A stretch of DNA of 51,517 nt from Chara braunii (taxonomy: Eukaryota > Plantae > Charophyceae), in the NCBI GenBank assembly GCA_003427395.1, contig BFEA01000024.1:3698802-3750318 (forward strand), given 5' to 3'. The translations under genes and the position numbers were made by a program. How positions within the stretch are numbered: the first letter of the stretch is position 1; every line of letters starts with the position of its first letter. Below, in pieces: positions 19,973 through 33,101 of the stretch. The notes beneath the pieces were generated by a model that worked only from the letters and a program-made list of their open reading frames with translations, was not told where the DNA came from and ran no database searches.

Positions 19973-22900
19973 ATGGCACGTTCGCGATCAAGATCACGCT
20001 CGAGATCATCGGCCCGAAAGAAGTGGAAGGATGACAACAGGTGGGGGAGATCTCCGGTACGGAGATCCAACAGATCTCCTGACAGATCACACGATGACAA
20101 ACGGCACCGTGAGAGACGAAGATCGAGGTCAAGAATGAGGTCTACATCGTCATCAAACAGAAGGCAGAGAAGGAGTGGATCACGGGACCGCGATCCCGAT
20201 GAGAGGCGCCACGAATTTCCATACAACAATCCCGCTCCTGGCAATCGAGCGTGGTTTACAATGGAGTTACGGGACAAACTATATGCACCGCGGAGGGAAT
20301 TGGATAGGCCAAAGAAGAGAGTCGATAAGTTGGCCGATGACTTCAAAGCTGAGGGCAATAAGAAGTTGGAATTTGTCACCGCCGACATGTTAAAGCAGGC
20401 AATAGAGGTTGTTGTACGACCATCGAATGCATCACAGACAACCGTCATGACTGGCACACTGGAAGTCGGAGTGAAAGCCAACCTCGACGAGAACACAAGG
20501 AAGAACAATATTAAAAAAAACAGTACCGACATCCAGAACCTGCAATGACAGCTGGACGACATGCGAGATCTCCGCTACCAGCTGGCTGCAATCAAAAGCA
20601 GCATACACACGCCAGCCAGAAGACCTTTCATTTCTCCCCAAGCGAAGGTCGTCTCGGCCAGCAAGACGCCAAAGAAGCCGACTCCCAATAACAAGAATGG
20701 AGGAGGGACCAGCACTTCGAAGAAACCTACTACTTCGAACCAGAATCCTAGGCGCAATGCGATTCGGATATCAACAAAAAGGAGGATACTACAAGGCAAG
20801 CAGATTACGGAGAATATGGCAAGCAGATTACGAACAATATGTTGAGTACTTTACAAATGGATGACCTCAAACGCCTATGCGAAAAACACGACATCAAGTA
20901 TCGTGGCATGCCGCAATCCAGGGTTGCGTTGAGGAAGATTCCAGGATTGATCGTCACCATTACGAAAGATCTGCCAGATCGGATTGAAGATGGAGATGAG
21001 GTGCAAGGCAGGAAACGTGCGGAAGAAGAGCCTACAGAAGTGACGGAATCATCGTATGACGATGATGATGAAGTTGCCAATTCTTCGGACGAAGTTGAGG
21101 ATTTTGAACAAACCTCAAGGCGTTTCGAACCATCAACTAACTACCTGTGTGCACGTCTGACACTTGTCCTGACACTTGTCAGTCTTTCAGATGAGGCTAT
21201 TTGGCAGCTCATCAGTCAGTGCAGTGGTCTACTGAAGGACCTGATTCAACTTAGGAAGTGGAAAGATTGTTTGATCGTCAACCGTGCGTGCAGACTAGAG
21301 ACATTAGAACTACTGCATAGGGAACGGATTTCGTGGGGGGTTAGGTTCATTGCACTTATACGACAACAAAATCTACCGATAGACGGACTATTATAGCACG
21401 ACTATTGTGTGTATGTTTGGGTTTCGCCATGGTGCAGACACTTCTACATCGAAAAAAACATGAGAGGCGTAGATTTGCGATGGAAAGAACACATGTTAGC
21501 CGTCATCAGAAGACAGAAGAGCTAGTGCAGAGTTCTCTATTCCTGGATCGCTAAATACAGTATACATAAATACGTTTGTATTCCGATTTGAGTTGGAGAT
21601 TCTACAGATACCGCTAATGTGGAACGAAAAATCATTAAAAAACGGAATCCCTATCTTAACACCATACACAAACATAATAAGAACAAACATAGGATAAAAA
21701 GGAGTACCCGACCTAAAAAAACATCGGTATTAACATCGATATCCCCCTTCTTTTTTCCTCCGATCACATCACAACTACTAAGCTTACAGAACTCATAAAG
21801 CCACACACACTCATTCGATCCTCTCAGGGTAACTTGTGGGTAGAAAATTGGAAAACCATTAAGAGAAGATTTGGAGATAGTATTGTCCTGATTAATGGTA
21901 CTAAGTATTGTTTGAAGGAATATAAGACCTGGATTGAAGCAGGGTGTAAAGTTTTGATTACGTGCTGCGTTGAACACTTCAGTGTGGGAGCATCAAAAAG
22001 AAAAAAGCTTATTGCGTTACTTCGAGCACCCAGGACTAGAGTTTCCCTTTACCTATACTCATTGACTCGTATCATAGGGCTATACTCGGGCATGCGCTTG
22101 ATCACCACGAAAAAGATTGCGGTATACTGAAGGGTTGTATCTCCTGAATAGCGATACGCAAGTTTGGCGTTAACGTTAGACGTCGATTGACACTACGAGT
22201 ACCATTTGTGGTTGATATTATCCTGTCACAGACAAGGATGGTCCTGCAGGAGGCGGTTCGAAAACGGATCACACATGAGACGTTGGCACGAACACTGATC
22301 ACGCGTACCAAAGTCTTGCTTGCCAAATCTTGAACAATCAGTGACATTCTTCACCACCACCGTAAAATGGTTGTAGAACAACCCAATTGTCTCTGCCTAC
22401 AATTGTCATGTTTCCTTTCGTTTGTCTGATGTGAGTCACAACCATCTTTTATGGAACTCTAAGAATGTACCTTACTATAAAGGGGAAGACAGTAAAATGG
22501 TCATAAAGAAGGCAATACGCACCTTACTTTCTTCACTTCCTCAACGGTATTGTAATTCAGAGGTACTCACCATCAATGTGGAGGGATGTGTTAAAATGGT
22601 TAACGCGCCAACGAGTGGAATCAGTGTAAAATAAGTTTTTGAATGAAAAATGAAGCTATGTAATCTTGTTTGTGCACCACTTGACCGAAATCCAGGTGAA
22701 ACTTACATTGAGTGCCCTCTAATTTTCCAGATGAGGATGAAACAAATGTTTTTAGGAGTGCCTAACTATTCAATCGTTATTAGCAGTCTTGGTGACACTC
22801 TTGATACAAATCGGATCAAATACAAAGAGTTGTAACTAATTAAGATCGCACCCTGGAATCAACATGGTACTTATGGGCATGCATACACTATGCATAAAGA

Positions 22901-23940
22901 CAAGGATGTCCTCAAACGACGATCAATTGTTTGGGCGTTTGAGGAACCTTCGCTTCGAGCTTCAAAATTTCTGGCTCATTGTCTAAATTTCCTCGTCAAG
23001 ATATTGAAATTTGGGTTTGGGATCATGGGCACTAACGAATTAGTACCAAGTATCGAAGACTTGAACAAAAAAGTGTATGAACTATATAAAGAACAGGCTC
23101 AAATCATGTTCTCTACATTCGACGTAAAGGATATGTTCACATGTCTAGATCACTCACATATTATGAGGGCGATGGACTGGCTAATATGTCAACATCTGGA
23201 AAGAAACAACTCGCACGTCAGGATAAAACTCCAAGGAAGGAAGATCACTCTGGGTAAAGCCAAAGGAACATGGGGCTGGAAAACCATAACATACGGGATC
23301 TAGCCAAACTATTGCAGTTTGACATCTCGCATGCTTATTTTCAAATGCAAGGGAAGGTATTGCGACAACCACTGGGTGTACCTATGGGAAAAGGCTATAG
23401 CCCTCCTATCGCAAACTTGGTTTGTAATTTTGACGAATATTTGTGGCTCAGTTCGCTGGGCGCTAACCAGAGATTCATCCATGGTTTATGATTTGCGGAC
23501 GACGTTTTTGTCGCAGTAATTTACAAACAGGGTGAACCATCTCTCGCTTATCAGCTGATTCTACAATTTCGGAAGTGCTATCACCCCTCACTCAAACTTG
23601 AGTGTACATCCGTGATCACTGAAGAAGAGAAGAAGTATTTAGAAACAACCATATGCAGACAAAGTAAAGGACCCCTCTTGAGGTGCCTGCATCGATTGAA
23701 AAATCAGGAAATGCTCCAAGAGGGGCCTTTAAGACGCTTTCATTCGATCAGGAATTTCAAGAGTTTCAGTCCAATGAGAACTAAGGCCTTGACTATTATC
23801 AACACCCTGCACAAGATTATCATGAACACTTCCTTAAAAAGTGACTTGGTACAAATCATCAAACTGTTTTTTACCAAATCACTACTTCTGGGATATCCCA
23901 TCCAGATTCTCAGACAAGCCGTACTGACTCTGAGACGTTC
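19973..23940 (+). pseudogene. PLE-2 polyprotein (RS-rich head, coiled coil, SAP-like, GIY-YIG, RT), decayed and 3'-truncated
   Basis: MARSRSRSRSRS; LSTLQMDDLKRLCEKHDIKYRG; VYVWVSPWCRHFYIEK...RWKEH; LDRNPGETYIECP; STFDVKDMF; GVPMGKGYSPPIANL; L*FADDV; LGYP. Confidence 0.9.
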
Positions 23941-26900
23941 CAATCATCCAGATTCTCACTACTTCTGGACTTCTTCCAATCATCCATCCAGATTTTCTCC
24001 CCTGTCTCTGCCCCATTTAATTTCCCCTATCTTGCCCCCTTGAGGGTCCCCTAGCCAAGAGACAATGAATTGTTGAATGTGTTGTTGGATTTGTTTTTAG
24101 AGAATAAAGTATGGGCCTTACATCCTTGCTCCCTCCATTTCATAAGTGCATCGACGTCTCCATAGGGCCGAAAGAATTGTTCCGTCCTTCGATTACAAAT
24201 AAATTATGTGAAAATCCATCCATCTGATCCGGAGACCAAGTCTCACGTAATAGAGTTTTCCAATTCCAGGGCCAAGTTTGAGATGTGTCGACAGTGCTCC
24301 AGATCCTGTCCCACCACCGCCACAACCAAACTGCCTAGACATTGTAGAAAGATGTGTTCAATTGTTTCCGAAATTTTCCTATAAGGAAAAGCTGAGCAGC
24401 AAAGTTTACACCAAGGTAATGCAACACCTCTTTGCTCTAGAGAGGTTTTATCAATGAGCCAATCATTAGTAGGGAGACATCGATGGTCTATCTGCCATTG
24501 CAATGAAGCAACTTTGACCGACTTAGTCTTTATTATTTTGAACTATTTGATACTTCTATCCAAGATCTCGGATCTAAGGGCAAATTGTTTATCGCACATG
24601 ATGGCTTAAAGGCTAGTTAACATACGATAGGTTAATTTGACTGTTAGCGTGTGAAGAGAGCGGATACATTTTCCTTGTCCCCCTAAAGGAACCGTCCATA
24701 TCCAAGATGTCGGATCTAAGGGCAAATTGTTTATCGCACCTCTGGATTCCTTTGATTGACTTTCCATTACCCTATTGTTTTATGTGAGTGAAAACATAGA
24801 GATAGGAATGGACCCATCTGAGTTTACCATTACCATATTTCCGACTAGAAGGGAGTCCCCTTGGATGTCAACCCAATCACCTTCCTTAATTTGTGGTCCT
24901 TTCTTGAGGATCTTAATCCACTCTAAAGAAATGGATTCAATTATTGTCTCCAGTGCCTCTTTTGTTCTCCTGCTATAGCGCAAGCAAGGTCGGAGGTTTG
25001 GGAGAGGGCGTCGGTCCCGAGCCTCTGAACTCCAGATATCCCCAATTCTAAGTATATATTTTCTCATCCATCCTTTCCAGGGCGAATCCATGCAGTGTAG
25101 CATCCTACCGGTAGTAACAGTGATCCATCTATTGTTGAATAGGGGTTATTAACAAACTTCTTCCCAACGATTTGGAAGAACTTTATTTGGGAGCGGTAGT
25201 TTGCGCCATGTCCGTAGCAAATCCGTCCAAAAGGGATCATTTTTTAAATCTTCCCTTGTTGCTCGACGATGAGGGTTAGTTTCTTGTGTTGAGGCCTGTA
25301 TTCTACTTCTCTTGGGATTGACCAATAGCGGTTTTCCAGCCATATAAATAGGGTCTGTCCCCTCATGAATTGTTGGGGCTAGTCGTGAAATTTGCTCCCA
25401 AGCTAGAGCTAACCAAGGTGTGTTTTGGTTGAATCCACTAAATAGAGAGTGTCATTGTTTGAGTGGTAGGTCTAATATTCCCAACCTCCCTTTTATTTTA
25501 GGTTGAATTATCGCTTGCCAGGCCACTCTACTAGGTAGATTCTTGCAATCATGATTACCTCTCCAAAGGTAAGCTGTAATTTGCTTCTGTAGAGATTTAA
25601 GAGCAGGTTTGTCCAGTGACTATACTGCTGATTTGTACCATATCGAAGCAAGGATCACATTGTTTATAACCAGCGATCGTCCTATAATAGATGCATGCTT
25701 ATCTTTCCATAATTCTAGTTTAGCTAAGGCTGACTTTGAGATTGAATCATTGTTTGTTGATGGTTTACCTTCTACAGATAAGGAGATTCCTAACGCTTTG
25801 ATTGGGGCTGATAGTGACATCCAGTTGATCCTTGGTTGCTCTGGGGTTCTCACCCCTTGATGATGTATCCACCATCCTTGAGTTTTAGTACCCTAGTTGA
25901 TCCTCATATCTGATAGTTCACAAAATTTATCCATCAAAAACTTAATTGCTGCCAAATTGTTAAGAGAAGCTTCTACCATCAAGGAGAGATCGTCTGCAAA
26001 AAGTGAACAGACAGGTATGACCTCCTCTGGAATATAACTAACATGGATTCGTTTAATATCCTTATAACCTTATTACATCGTAAATTGGCCGCTAGAGCCT
26101 CCACTACGAACACAAATAGGAAAGTGGCAATCGGATCTCCTTGTCTCACCGATCGTTCAAGCGAGATTGGTGGTGCCAGATTTTCATTAGTCATTATTCT
26201 AATAGTGGTATTTGAGTGCAGGAGCTCTATCCACCTACGAAAACAAGGATCGAAGTTAAACTTTTCCAAACATTTATAATTAAAAAAAACAATCTACATG
26301 ATCATAAGCGTTCTCAAAATCTATAAAAATAAAAGCAGCGTTATGTTTGGATTGTCTAGAAAGTTTAATTAATTAATTAACAAGCAGTATGTTATCATGA
26401 ATATTCCTACCCTCAATAAATCTTGTTTATGTGGGATGAATGATGTCCATTACTATTTTCAACAAACGATGTGTTAGTGCCTTCACTGCCAGCTTATAGA
26501 CCACAGTGAGTAGAGTGATAGGTCTATAATTACCAATATCTGTCTTGTCTCCTTTTTTATATAACAAGGTCAACACCCCTTGGTTTACTAGTCCCCCCAT
26601 ATCGTCTGAGACCCAGACTGCATGGTAGTCAATGAGATCTTAGGCGAGAAAATCCCACATGACTTCCCATAATTATTTCGATAGTCCATCGATTCCTGTA
26701 GTCTTTTCATCCTCCATCATCATGAGGGTTGTCCAAATTTCTTCCTTTGTGAGTGGTTTGTCTAACATGGAACTCTGGTACTCGGTTATCTTTTTATTCA
26801 AAGGTTGAAGGAAGTTCGCTATCTCCTTCTGCCTTTGTTTGCATTCCGGTGTGAAAAAAAAATTATAAAAATCTCTCGCTATTTTCGTGCATGCTGCTGT

Positions 26901-27188
26901 CGATGTTTCCAGAGAATGGTGATTCCCTCGGGATCAGAAAGAGCTTTGATGATTGTCCGGCCTGTTCTAGCTTTGACTATTGCAAAGAAAACCTGACATC
27001 CGTAGTCCCTTTCGTAATATATCCCTTCACCTTGCCTCTGATTTTGTCATCGATGTTTCATGTGTTATAGTAGTTTGGACTCCAATCCATTAATTTCTTT
27101 ATTTATCTTTGCTGATTGTGAATCACTTTTACATTCTTCTTCTTGTTGATGTCAGTCATTGAGTTGTTTTTGTATATTGATTTCCTCT
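23941..27188 (-). mobile_element. L1-b (older L1/Tx1 LINE), ORF2 RT-to-zinc-finger portion, decayed
   Basis: Minus: TGIDG, YKKGDKTDIGNYRPITLL, IDFENAYDHV, SVRQGDPIA, LFADDL, ASIIGRSLVINNVILASIWY, CKLC...TIEHIFLQC. Collinear with L1-a. No poly(A) retained. Confidence 0.9.
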
Positions 27189-30100
27189 AGATGGCGTTGT
27201 TGAGCAAACAATTTGGAATATTCATTGCATTTATGGCCAAAAAAATTGATGACTCAAGGCGTGGGAGATCACCAGCACGGAGATCGGATCGATCTCTTGA
27301 CAGATCTAGGGAAGACAAGAAGAGGCGGGAGAGACGTCTTTCGGGATCTGGTTCATCAGATATAAGCAAAAGGAGGCGGCGAAGTGCATCAAGGGAACGA
27401 GACGGCAAGCAGTACGATTTCCCGTATAACAAGCCAGCACCAGGCAACATGGGTTGGTTCACTGTGGAGCTCCAAGATGAATTATATGCTCTATGTCAGG
27501 AATTGGACGGACTACGGAAGCGGGTGGATAAGATAGCGAACACGATCAAGGAGGAGAGTGTGAAGCGTGTGGAGTTTGTCATGATGGATAAGCTGAAGCA
27601 TGCTATTCAAGATCCGCTCTCCGAGATCACTGCGAAGAAGACTACAGTAGCTTCCTTGCAGCAGGCACGCAAAGGGAAGGAGGCGGAGCCGAACATTGCT
27701 AGAATGACAATGGAGATGACGATACTGAAGAAACAGCTCGAAGAGGTGAGGAACATCAGGTACGATATAACGTCGTTCAAAGAGTCGATAACCAATATCA
27801 AGACGCCCGCAATGAGACAGTTTATGTCGCCGCGACAACTCTTACCAAACGGCAAGAACCCGACGAAGAAGATGACGCTTATTCCAAACGGCGGTGCGCC
27901 GAGCAGTGTAAGGAAGAAGATACGACAACATAAGGACACTTGAAAGAGCGCGGCACAAGCTAAAGCTCGACGAAGAATCCTACAGGGTATGCAGATTTCT
28001 AAAGACATGCTGAGTGCGCTCCAAATGGAGGATCTGAAGCAGCGCTGCACAATAGACAATGTCCGTTATAGGGGCATGCCTCAGGCACGCATGGCGTTGA
28101 GGAAGATCCCGAGGCCGATCATGTCAGATACCAAAGATCTACCTGATCGATCCGTCACCGGAGATGAAGTTCAGGGGAAGAACGCAGAAGAAGAGCAGTC
28201 AGAAGAATCTGATTCGGAAGAAGACGAGGGTGACTCCTCCGACGCTATTGGGTGTTCAGAAACACCTGACGTAGCGCTCACTAGGATAGACTTGTGAGGT
28301 TCACGGGCCTGCAACCTGCAACTATCTGGAGCCTCGCCGTACAATGCAGCCAAGCAATCCGACAACTGATCAATGACTGCAACTGGAAGGATTGTGCGAC
28401 GATTAACAGGGCGTATAGTCGAGCAGTACTGTTACTTATGAGTAATGGCGAAATCAGATGGGCCTCGAGACTGTACTCCTTGATTAGGACAATCAACGAT
28501 GACTGGGAGCATGTACTTAACGTAGATGTCGACGTATACGTCTGGGTATCACCATGTTGTAGATACTATTATGTCGGGAAGACTACCAGGGGATTGGATC
28601 GACGATGGAAAGAACACGCGACCGTTGTGCTAAGGAGAGGAACGAAACAACACAGAAAACTCTATTTGTGGGTAGCTAAATACGGGCTGCATAAGTACGT
28701 ATGTATTCCTATTTGGAAAGGAAACGCGAACGTAGTTACGCACGTGGAGAAAAAACTAATCCAAAAATGAAACCCGTACCTCAACACGCATCTTCAGGAG
28801 AAAGAATATCAGGAAGCGAAGAAATCGTCGTAAAATTGGACTGCTTGCTCCTACTAACCACTCAGCGGATGTTCCAATTGTGTTCGCATCTCTAAGTGAA
28901 GTGACTGCAATGCTCATGAGTTTGATCAAACCAAAGGCTACCACTGAGTCATTCGGTGGAAGTCTGTGGGTTCATAGATTGAAGATTGTTAAGCGACGGT
29001 TTGGAAATACTATCTTGATGATTGATGAGAGGAAACGGTTATTAGGCAATTGCCGCGCCGAGTTCGAACGCGGTTGCACAATGGTGGTGACCTGTTGTGT
29101 TGAAGATCTATCATCCGTAACGAGATTAAAGAACACTCTTATCTCTCTCTTGCGCGCGCCGTCGTGGACAAGAGCTAAGCTGAGCGGGTATTCACTGACT
29201 AAGATCATAAGACTGTACTCTGGCATGCGCCTTATTACAACCAAGAAAAGCAGAGGAATACTCCGCGACTGCTTGTCGAGGCTAACCATCAAGAAGTATA
29301 GGGTAAATATACGTACACGGTTGACCCTTCGTTTACCGTTCTCACCAGATATCAACTTAATTGAGGTGAAGAAAGAATTATCCACCATGATACTCTCGAC
29401 TGGTAAACAAAGAGCACTTGCCACTATATACGAAAAGCGTGCCCGCACTATATTTGCAAGGTCATGGACAGTGGGAGAAATCCTACATAATCACAAAAGA
29501 CTGATTAAGGAATAACCTCTTTGTCCCTGTGAGCAGATGAAATTTCCCAAGGTCGATTCTCATGTTTATTTTCGCCTATTTGATGTCACTACTGATAAGT
29601 TGCTTTGCAATGCTAAAAATGTACCATACTCTGCAGGGGAGGAAAGCAAAGAGGACATAGCCAAAGCGATGGTCACCGTGCTTAATTCTATTCGCAGAAG
29701 TATCGTACCGAAGTCACCGAACCAGTAAATACCGATCAATGTTTGATTTGGGATTGCAACATCGATAGAGGATTGGATATTAAGACAATTTTAACATGGA
29801 AAAAGAAACTACAATCTCTTGTATGCTCTCCGCTCGATCGCAATCCCGGAGAGACATAAGTGGAGTGTCCAAGGATTTTTTGGGAAAAAATGAATAGTAT
29901 GTTTATCAAAATATGCAATTACGAGGTGGTAAATTCAACTATGCAGGACATGCTCGACCGAAGCCAAATGGAATACAAGCAATTGGGACCAACAAAATTT
30001 TCAAAGTGGAACCAGCAAGGCATGTATGGCCATGCCTACGTGATGCCGAAGGACAAATATATTTTGAAAAGGCGGACTATCGTACGCATCTTTCAAGAAC

Positions 30101-31471
30101 CTTCCCTACAAGCATCAAAGATCCTGTCACAATGTATCAACTTCTTGATGCGGACAATGTAGCAAGGATTTTGTATGATGGGGACAAATGAGCTGGTTTC
30201 CAGCATCGACAACATCAATAAGCAAACTAGGATAATTTTTGGCACTAATGCTGATGTCATAAGTGCTACATTCGATGTGAAGGACATGTTTACATGTCTG
30301 GACCATGCACATATACTTAAGGCTATTGATTGGCTTGTCTGTCATCACCTCCAATTGAATCGAACACATGTAAGGATCAAGTTACAAGGAAAGAAAATCA
30401 CATAGGACAAAGCAAATGGTGTTTGGAGATGGAAGACGGTAAAAATTGTTGATCTACCTCGATTGCTGCAATATGATATTTCTCATGCTTTTTTTCAAGT
30501 GCAGGGATATGTGGTGAGGCAGATACTAGGCATTCCGATGGGAAAAGGATCTAGTGCCCCCATCGCAAACTTAGTCTACAATTATGATGAAGTATATTGG
30601 ATGAAATCTTTGGGGAGCGATGAGAAATTCATAACAGGTATGCAATTTGTAGACGACGTCTTTATTTCTGCAATATGCAGTAAGGATGACAGTCGACAGG
30701 CTGATGACCTTTTGCTACGCTTTCAAAAGTGTTATCACACGACACTAAAATTGGAAGTCACCTCTAGGCTCTAACACTCACGGATCTAAGAAGAAGTACC
30801 TTGAGACGGTGATTGTCAAGCAGGAGAAAGGGCCCCTCCTGAAGTGCTTATATCGTTTAAAATTTGGTCGATTCCATACGATTAAACACTTCAGGAGCTT
30901 TGGTCCTCTAAAGTCCAAAGAGGTTGTGATACTTGGGACGCTGCACCGAAACGTAACGAACTCGACAAGGAAATCTGACACTGTAGATGTGATCAAGTGG
31001 TTTTTTGTTGAAGCCCGTCAACTGGGTTATCCAATATTCAGAGACACGCAGTGTTAGCTATCCGTAAAATAAAACTCAATAAAAAAAAAGTTGCGGCAAG
31101 GATCATACGTTGGCTTCACGGACTTGGAAAATAGTGACCAGGACTGAGTGACGATTAGAACGAGTTTGCATAAGCTCTCGGACAAACTAACTGTATTTAC
31201 TATTTAGGGACTGCTTGATACGAACCTCTGAAATACATACCGGACTGGAAGCGACAGTTAAAGCGACTCCGACAGAATACGACATTTAGGAGCTGACTGA
31301 AATTTTCGTATCAAGCGCTACGATAATAACGGTTGAAGACTGTCACACTACAACGGGCAGGCCATGAAGACAACGACTCCGAGATATTTTTCAAACATAG
31401 AGGAACTGTGAACACCGTATCCAGCGCCACGATAATAAATGTGGATCCTCGTACAACGGGCGGGGCAGATG
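27189..31471 (+). mobile_element. PLE-3 (same lineage as PLE-2) inserted into L1-b
   Basis: RS-rich N-terminus; FPYNKPAPGNMGWFT; SAP-like LSALQMEDLKQRC; VYVWVSPCCRYYYVGKT..RWKEH; ILHNH..CPC..H; ATFDVKDMF; GIPMGKGSSAPIANL; QFVDDV. ORF ends at ~31135. Candidate 5-bp junction repeat agatg at 27189-27193 and 31467-31471. Confidence 0.88.
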
Positions 31472-32050
31472 TCAGGTACCTTAAACATTGTGTGAGTATG
31501 GAGGTTCAAACCTTCAAATCCACCTTAGGAGTACTATGAATTCACGAGTACTATGATCAGATCGATTTCTGACGTCTCTTGGGATCCGGCGTGGGGACTC
31601 TTTGCTTCCTACAAAAGGACAAGACTTCTTATAAACATACTTTAAATCGGTCAATTTTTAGGAGCGAAGTGTTCAATTTGTAGAATCCTCTGCCTTGATC
31701 TAGTTTTTTTTCTAAATGATAGTAAAATCACATTCATGGCCTGATCAAGACCTGGAAAGACACTACGACGGAAGATGTCCGCTATTTGAAGTGCACCTTC
31801 CCACTCATTTGACAGTAATATGAGGCTTATACGGGATTTCGAGACTCTCATCGTTTGACACTTTCTATAGCACGTGTAGGTTCTTTTTCTAGGGAAGAGG
31901 TGTCTGTATGCATCAAAGAGATGGAGCGACTGACACAAACCTTCGATGATTTGCTCAGCCATCAGGTCTGCAGATCAAAAAGTTGTTTTAGGTGATTCTC
32001 ATACCTTAATACAGACTGCAGGCTCACATGATTGTTTTGCAAACAAAAAC
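31472..32050 (-). mobile_element. L1-b endonuclease portion (other side of PLE-3)
   Basis: LFDAYRHLFPRKRTYT...SRISLILLS...FPGLDQ...GRGFYKLNTSLL matches L1-a LIDPFRVLHP...SRIDFFLIS...FRGLDH...GRGFYRINNSLL. Confidence 0.85.
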
Positions 32051-32499
32051 CAACACGTAGGGGGAAGTAGCTTTGGAGGAACAAACAACACAACTAGAAG
32101 AGGACCAAGCAAGGGGTCTGACACTTGATCACAAAGACAAGGATCCAGACAAAGGACAAAGGAAGTTGAGAGGAATAGGACAACGAACTATCAAAATTAT
32201 TGAAAAGGATATGGGTAGGATCACGAGGGGGAGAGTCAGAGGAAGGAAGTCCTCTAATAATTGGGGGTCCGGGGGAAGGGGAACAAGGAACACAGGTAGA
32301 AAAGGCACGGAGCCTGACACTCAACCAGAAGGGCGGCGCGCCACAACAAGGAGACATAGCCATCAAAGGGGAGATGGGTGAGGGGGCGGATGAAAGGTCA
32401 CTGGGAGAGGGTCCTTGGAAAGAAAGCATGTTGTTGAAAGGGTTGGGTGAGGGGTCTCAAGGGGATGAGACTTGGATTGGTTGTCCTCAGCTGACTTGT

Positions 32500-33101
32500 G
32501 AGGACGCTCCACCTAAACGAGCAGAAGAAACCATGGCTACTTACAAAAAAAAAAAAAAGTGGTATCGGACCTAACAGGGGAATGTAAGTTCCTGATCCTC
32601 ACTCAGTCACAAGAAGCCCCCGCAAAGACTCATCAAAAGGAAGTTACGCAAGGGGGAGTGCAATCAGAAGGAGGAGGAAGTCACAAAGATCCAGAGAAGT
32701 CATATTTTGGTAACAGGAGGAAGTTGGGGAAAGGGGAAGTTACAGACAACAGTACACAGGCGATTAATGGAGAAAATCTCTAGATGGTAAAGCCCCAATC
32801 AGGGAGGACGCTCCACCTAAACGAGCAGAAGAAACCATGGCTACTTACAAAAAAAAAAAAGTGGTATCGGAGCTAACAGGGGAATGTAAGTTCCTGCTCC
32901 TCACTCAGTCACAAGAAGCCCCCGCAAAGACTCATCAAAAGGAAGTTACGCAAGGGGGACTGCAATCAGAAGGAGGAGGAAGTCACAAAGATCCAGAAGT
33001 CATATTTTGGTAACAGGAGGAAGTTGGGGAAAGGGGAAGTTACAGACAATAGTACACAGGCGATTAATGGAGAAAATCTCTAGATGGTAAAGCCCCAATC
33101 A
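32500..33101. repeat. Near-identical ~300-bp tandem duplication (32500-32801 / 32804-33101)
   Basis: Direct comparison shows only a handful of substitutions and indels. Confidence 0.95.

Noticed and set aside
19973-20210. Host SR splicing factor gene
   Set aside because: No RRM; the RS tract is collinear with the PLE ORF in two independent copies.
19973-31135. In-frame TGA codons in PLEs as selenocysteine (known for some Naiad elements)
   Set aside because: The TGAs checked align with Trp (22331 vs PLE-3 W) or fit CGA>TGA decay rather than conserved Cys, and TAG/TAA stops and frameshifts are also common.
32862-32873. tggtatcggagc matching the gypsy PBS
   Set aside because: Preceded by an A-tract rather than an LTR end, with no gag downstream; the paralogous copy has a mismatch.
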